Shown here: in pieces, positions 59,267 to 64,000 of the stretch
Numbering within the stretch: position 1 is the stretch's first letter
How the letters are laid out: the number at the start of each line of letters is the position of its first letter
Assembly: GCA_963667035.1 (NCBI GenBank)
Contig: OY762964.1
Location: 1-64,000, forward strand
Direction: 5' to 3'
Length of the DNA stretch: 64,000 nucleotides
Origin: Candidatus Cloacimonadales bacterium
GTDB taxonomy: Bacteria > Cloacimonadota > Cloacimonadia > Cloacimonadales > JAFGVF01
The notes under the pieces: generated by a model
What the model was told of the DNA's origin: nothing
Database searches by the model: none
Seen by the model: the letters and a program-made list of their open reading frames with translations, nothing else
Position numbers and translations under genes: made by a program

Positions 59267-60091
59267 ATGATAAAATTCCCGGAATTCAACCCAAACATAG
59301 TTTCCTTCCATATAGGAAATTTCCCTATTCAGATTAGATGGTATGGACTTCTATATATCATTAGTTTTGTCATAGCTTTTTTTACTGCTAGAAGTTTCTT
59401 CAAATACAGAAAAATACAGATGGATAAAGACCAGTATGAAACATTCATATTTGATATCGCACTCGGAGTAATTCTGGGTGGACGTATCGGTTACATTATC
59501 TTCTATGATATTGTCTCATTTATCCATAATCCTCTCGTCCTTTTTCAAGTATGGAATGGTGGCATGTCTTTCCATGGTGGGGCTATTGGAGTGCTGCTCA
59601 TGGTATGGCGATTCTGCAAAAAGAATAAGATGGATTACATCGCCATTGGTGATGTTTCAATGCCATTAGTTGCAGTTGGTCTTGGATTAGGAAGATTCGG
59701 TAATTTCATTAATGCAGAGTTATACGGTCACAAAAGCAATCTTCCTTGGGCAATGGTATTCCCAACTGACCCCCTACGAATCCCAAGGCATCCGACTCAG
59801 CTCTACGAGATGTTTCTTGAAGGAATTCTCATGTTCTTCATTCTTTGGTTCATCTTAAAGAAATCTAAGATTATTGGTACTGTATTCTGGTCATTCTTCC
59901 CATTATACGGAATATTTAGAATCTTTATTGAGTTTTTCAGAGTTAGAGACAACATCCCGACCTTGTATCCCAATGGACTTTTATGGGGTATTTTGCCAAT
60001 TTCTCAAGGACAATTTTTAAGTGCTATTATGATTGTATTCGGCTTAGCAGGATTGATTTTCTCTATTAAAAAAGGAAGAAGATCAGCTTAG
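59267..60091 (+). CDS. lgt: Prolipoprotein diacylglyceryl transferase
   Basis: IRWYGL, LGGRIGY, GGMSFHGG, GRFGNFINAELYG, RHPTQLYE. Confidence 0.96.
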   Translation: MIKFPEFNPNIVSFHIGNFPIQIRWYGLLYIISFVIAFFTARSFFKYRKIQMDKDQYETFIFDIALGVILGGRIGYIIFYDIVSFIHNPLVLFQVWNGGMSFHGGAIGVLLMVWRFCKKNKMDYIAIGDVSMPLVAVGLGLGRFGNFINAELYGHKSNLPWAMVFPTDPLRIPRHPTQLYEMFLEGILMFFILWFILKKSKIIGTVFWSFFPLYGIFRIFIEFFRVRDNIPTLYPNGLLWGILPISQGQFLSAIMIVFGLAGLIFSIKKGRRSA

Positions 60092-60115
60092 AATAATTAT
60101 ATACCCTATTACTAT

Positions 60116-60149
60116 ATAGCCAAAAGCTTATTTTATAGCTTTTGGCTAT
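60116..60149 (+). terminator. Terminator hairpin after lgt
   Basis: ATAGCCAAAAGCT-8 nt-AGCTTTTGGCTAT. Confidence 0.75.
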
Positions 60150-60510
60150 TTACAATTATCTACAATTATCTACCGTATGGTCAAAATAAGCTTACACCTC
60201 TTTATTATATTGCTTCCTAAATAACATCAAAGAAACTGATTCATTCTAAACTGATTTTCGTTGATTAATACACCACTCTCTAAGTCTTATAGACAGTAGA
60301 ATAGTGCAATAATATATTATTTGTTTACCAACAGGATATATAGTATAAATGAATTGCAAGTAAAAGTAGATAATCATAATTATTTAAATTAAAAATAAAA
60401 ATAAATAAAAGCTTGACATACCAATGTTAGCACTAATTTACTATAAACATTAAATTGGGGTAACAAGTCTTTACTGCGGATCTGTATCACAAAACTAAAA
60501 GGAGTAAAAC

Positions 60511-63500
60511 ATGAAAAGATTATTCATTTGTTTATTACTGGTTGTGATTGTGTCGCTAAATGCCGGAGTTGTTCAAAGAGGATTTGGTTATCCCAGCTTA
60601 GTCCACTCAAGAAGAGCTAACAATCCGGGAGACTACACAACTTATTCATTCACAATATCTGAAACACAAGATAGTGATCTTGAGAAGGTATATAATGTGC
60701 CTAATTTTACAGGCGAAGATGCTTATCTTAATAATGAGGTCGTTTTGTCTGCAGCAGGAGATATTAACGGAGACGGAATGGATGACGTTATCTTTGTCTA
60801 TGAGTATGGTTCCGATGTTGGAACATATAATGTTTACAATAGCGTGACTAAGGATCCAACCTTGGACGGAAAAGAAGATAACAGTCTGGTTGCAATCTAT
60901 GATGGTTTTGATGGTGCCTTGTTATGTAAATTCTTTGGTGCAGGGAATGGTATGGGATTCTATCTTGTTGAAACAGGAGATTTTGATGCAGACGGAAAGG
61001 ACGAAATTGCATTGGTTCGTCATGCATCGGTAGATGTTGAAGATCCTAATCTGGGTAACGATGGAATCTTTGATGGAAGTTGCTTGATGATTTATGATTT
61101 CTATTTGAATAATGAAGGGACTCTGATTCAAGATTTAGTATGGTATACATCACCCCAAGATGTTCCTAATCTTACTCCTCCCTTAGAGCATACCGATGCA
61201 ATCTTCAAGATGAAAAGAGGGTACTTCAATAATGATACGGCAATGGATTTGATTGTTATGTATCATTACGGTTCGGTCAACAATTTGCAGAATGACCTTA
61301 CTAAAGATAACAGTGTGCTGGTTGCTTATGATGTCGTCCATGAAACAGTATTATGGAGTCAGAAGTGTATTGGACAAAATGGAGACCAGACTTCCGCAGG
61401 ATTTGGAGGTTATGAACTTCTGGTAGGGAACTTCGATAATGATAAAAGAAACGAGATTGCTCATATAAGGCATTCTTCTAGTGATATTACTGGTGATGGT
61501 ATTGCAGATGGATCATACTTAAGATTCATTGATGATAATGGTGCATATATGTCTGAATATCCAAATCATCCTAATGCAGATTCTACAGATCCAATCTATA
61601 TGTGCGAATTGGGTGATTTTAACGGAGATGGTAAAGATGATGTTTGCTTAGTGCAAAGATATGGTCCAGACAATGATAATGACAATATCAAAGATGAAAG
61701 CATAATGTTTACATACGATATTTATAATCATGCCAGACTTAATGGTGACGGAATTACAAATGTATATTCTATAAACGCTTTCTCTGTTATGGAAGTACTG
61801 GATTATAATGGAGACGGAAACGACGATGTATGGCTGTCTTCCTTGATTCCTTCTAACTCATCCAGTTATACAAGGTTGTATTCAGGTGGATTGACTTTAT
61901 CAAGTACTAAGTACTTTCCTGAAGAGTTATTAAAATATCAATCAGCTGATTTTGATAATGACGGTGATGATGAGTTAGTCGCAATAACAGATCAAGGAAA
62001 TCACAGTCAGATTGATATTTATGAGAATGGTAGTACAGCACCTATCTATACGAGGGAGAATTCAGCTTATTATTGTACTCATCTTAATATCCTAAACAAC
62101 GAAATTACCGATATTGAATTCATTAATACCGTTTTACCCGTTCCATTTAATCTTTCATACCCCGCTTCTAATCTAACCACACTTGTATCATACTTTTTTA
62201 ACAACATAGATGATGTCTCAAGTACACACTTATACTTCGATACAACAAATTATAATCAGTTAAACACTTCTTCTACTGCTTTTGGTACAGAAACTTTGGA
62301 GGGTGATTATCATAACTTCTATTGGAATCCTATTAAACTGACTAGCAAGTCATATTGTACAGTCTCAACTAGATTAAGAAGACTGATGTACGATATGCAT
62401 TACAAGCTAGATAATAGTATTTATAGCAGTGCAGATCCGAGAACATTAAAAGTAGCTAAAAGTATTATATCTCATCTCCGTTATTTGAGTGGTAAAAGTA
62501 GATTTGACTACCGATGGAATGGTGGAATGTTGTTTGAACTTCCTGCATATATTGATGGATACAAGATTGTTGCTCACATGAATAATTTCTCAACTATAGA
62601 TGAAATCATCAATTATAGAATTGACCAACAGAATCTTTCGGTTTTAGATGATGGATACTACTCGGAATCTGCTTATAGTTATAGTGTTTATTTCGCACAA
62701 CTAGAACTTAAGTTCTTAAACACAATTGCTTCTAATGCATCAATTTTCCCATACAGTAGTACTCATCTTAGTGAAAAGTACGATGTAATGAAAAAGATGT
62801 ATGATTATTATCTATATTCAGTAAAACCAATTCAATTACCGGGTAATGTCAATTCAGGTTCAATGTCTTTTGATTTACCAATAATAGGAGATTCTCATGC
62901 TTACTTTGATAGGTATACAGGTAAGTATTCTTCAGGGAATACTTCAATTCTTGATCTTCCATCAATATATAATGCTCAATTCTCATCTCAGTTTATGTCA
63001 GAGTTAGAGTTTGCTCAGGATATTGGAACCGGTAGTTTACCGATAGATTTTGATGTAAGTAAATCATTCCCCTCAGGAAGAATATTTATCTCTAGAAGCA
63101 ATTGGAAAAATAGTCTGGGCTGTTATGACAATAATGCCAGATATTGTCATTTCAAAGTAGGGAAGAGAGAAGGAATCGCAAACAAAGGACATATGCATTC
63201 AGATCTGTTAAGTCTGGATATTTGCGGGTATGATAAAAACATGCTCATTGATTTGGGTGGTTATGGTTTTACAAACTTAACTGCCGTTAGTAATTTCGAT
63301 AGTTTGAGATTTGAAGACTTGTATTTCTTCAATCATGAGGATATCGAGATGAATACAGCATCATACTCAAGGAATCAATACATATTCAGACATTATTTCT
63401 TAGGTGATGCTGCTCATAATACTATTTATATCCCTGACTACGAGCAAATTGATTTCATAATAGACGGTGCTATACCTTCGGTTTGGGGTAATAGCACTCC

Positions 63501-64000
63501 TTCAATTGTTGAAAAGCCATATTTAGCAAGTAGTAATCAAGATCTTGATTATGCAAGAGGTGGTTATTCAAAAGAAGGTATTGAACATGACCGTGTTCTT
63601 ATTTATAACAAACCGCATAATGCTTCGGGTACAGTAATAAATGATTATTGGATAGTCGACGACTTCATTGAAGGAGAGGTATTAAACTCAAACAATAATG
63701 ATGTGTATCAAATGTGGCATATATCACCTGATCAGAATCCAAGCTTAACTAACCTATCAAATAACACACTTCATGCAGAAACGTTTGATATAGTTCCTCT
63801 TGCGAACACGTTTGATGATACGGAGTTATTGGATGGCTATTATGCTCCGCAGGATTCATACATATATGATACTGACGTATTTAGAATTAGAAAGCAGTTT
63901 ACAACTAATGATCAAGAAAATATCGTAACCATGATAATGCCACACTCAACATTCTCTTCAACTGTAGTAACTGATTTCACTAAACAAAACGTATATTCAT
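60511..64000 (+). CDS. Large secreted protein: FG-GAP/VCBS repeats plus heparinase II/III-like domain (runs off window; absent from ORF track)
   Basis: RBS AAGGAG, MKRLFICLLLVVIVSLNA signal; GDINGDGMDDV, GDFDADGKDEI, GDFNGDGKDDV, ADFDNDGDDEL; PIIGDSH, GHMHSDLLS, MLIDLGGYG, AAHNTI. Confidence 0.82.
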   Translation, partial: MKRLFICLLLVVIVSLNAGVVQRGFGYPSLVHSRRANNPGDYTTYSFTISETQDSDLEKVYNVPNFTGEDAYLNNEVVLSAAGDINGDGMDDVIFVYEYGSDVGTYNVYNSVTKDPTLDGKEDNSLVAIYDGFDGALLCKFFGAGNGMGFYLVETGDFDADGKDEIALVRHASVDVEDPNLGNDGIFDGSCLMIYDFYLNNEGTLIQDLVWYTSPQDVPNLTPPLEHTDAIFKMKRGYFNNDTAMDLIVMYHYGSVNNLQNDLTKDNSVLVAYDVVHETVLWSQKCIGQNGDQTSAGFGGYELLVGNFDNDKRNEIAHIRHSSSDITGDGIADGSYLRFIDDNGAYMSEYPNHPNADSTDPIYMCELGDFNGDGKDDVCLVQRYGPDNDNDNIKDESIMFTYDIYNHARLNGDGITNVYSINAFSVMEVLDYNGDGNDDVWLSSLIPSNSSSYTRLYSGGLTLSSTKYFPEELLKYQSADFDNDGDDELVAITDQGNHSQIDIYENGSTAPIYTRENSAYYCTHLNILNNEITDIEFINTVLPVPFNLSYPASNLTTLVSYFFNNIDDVSSTHLYFDTTNYNQLNTSSTAFGTETLEGDYHNFYWNPIKLTSKSYCTVSTRLRRLMYDMHYKLDNSIYSSADPRTLKVAKSIISHLRYLSGKSRFDYRWNGGMLFELPAYIDGYKIVAHMNNFSTIDEIINYRIDQQNLSVLDDGYYSESAYSYSVYFAQLELKFLNTIASNASIFPYSSTHLSEKYDVMKKMYDYYLYSVKPIQLPGNVNSGSMSFDLPIIGDSHAYFDRYTGKYSSGNTSILDLPSIYNAQFSSQFMSELEFAQDIGTGSLPIDFDVSKSFPSGRIFISRSNWKNSLGCYDNNARYCHFKVGKREGIANKGHMHSDLLSLDICGYDKNMLIDLGGYGFTNLTAVSNFDSLRFEDLYFFNHEDIEMNTASYSRNQYIFRHYFLGDAAHNTIYIPDYEQIDFIIDGAIPSVWGNSTPSIVEKPYLASSNQDLDYARGGYSKEGIEHDRVLIYNKPHNASGTVINDYWIVDDFIEGEVLNSNNNDVYQMWHISPDQNPSLTNLSNNTLHAETFDIVPLANTFDDTELLDGYYAPQDSYIYDTDVFRIRKQFTTNDQENIVTMIMPHSTFSSTVVTDFTKQNVYS

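Noticed and set aside
60151..60173. TACAATTATC tandem repeat after the lgt terminator
   Set aside because: Two copies of an AT-rich decamer; too weak to assign a function
49801..60633. Shared NNPGD pentapeptide near the N-termini of the 49681 and 60511 proteins
   Set aside because: Five residues with no flanking similarity; could be chance
818..61131. Numerous 60-185 aa ORFs antisense to or overlapping long genes (e.g. 2998-3336, 5442-5915, 39109-39666, 60922-61131)
   Set aside because: Shadow frames of well-supported CDSs with no motifs or RBS

Overview
AT-rich bacterial chromosome segment, probably FCB group. Candidatus Cloacimonadota is the best guess, inferred from at least six secreted proteins ending in a (N/I/V)-Y/C-PNPFNP..FlgD-Ig/T9SS-like C-terminal domain (CTD). 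Housekeeping genes (eno, glycerate kinase, rsmI, alr-like, etfB, lgt, tRNA-Lys/Glu/Glu) alternate with accessory loci. (1) A beta-glucan operon: GH-A TIM barrel fused to a probable outer-membrane barrel, a lipoprotein, and a GH16-CTD enzyme. (2) A cobalamin riboswitch controlling a multi-domain putative B12-capture CTD protein. (3) Two IS1182-family copies, each at the foot of a terminator hairpin; one has a 33-bp target duplication, the other is truncated by a deletion. (4) A patch of REP-like repeats and transposase remnants. (5) The most system-like locus, at 41-52 kb: two cytoplasmic TPR-sensor sigma54 activators, each paired with a secreted CTD protein that has a GG-N10-GC sigma54 promoter and palindromic candidate enhancer sites about 100-140 bp upstream. 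An ORF of more than 1160 aa (FG-GAP repeats plus a heparinase II/III-like domain) that is missing from the ORF track runs off the right end. No CRISPR array, rRNA or prophage was seen. All family calls come from motif recognition by eye; no searches were run.
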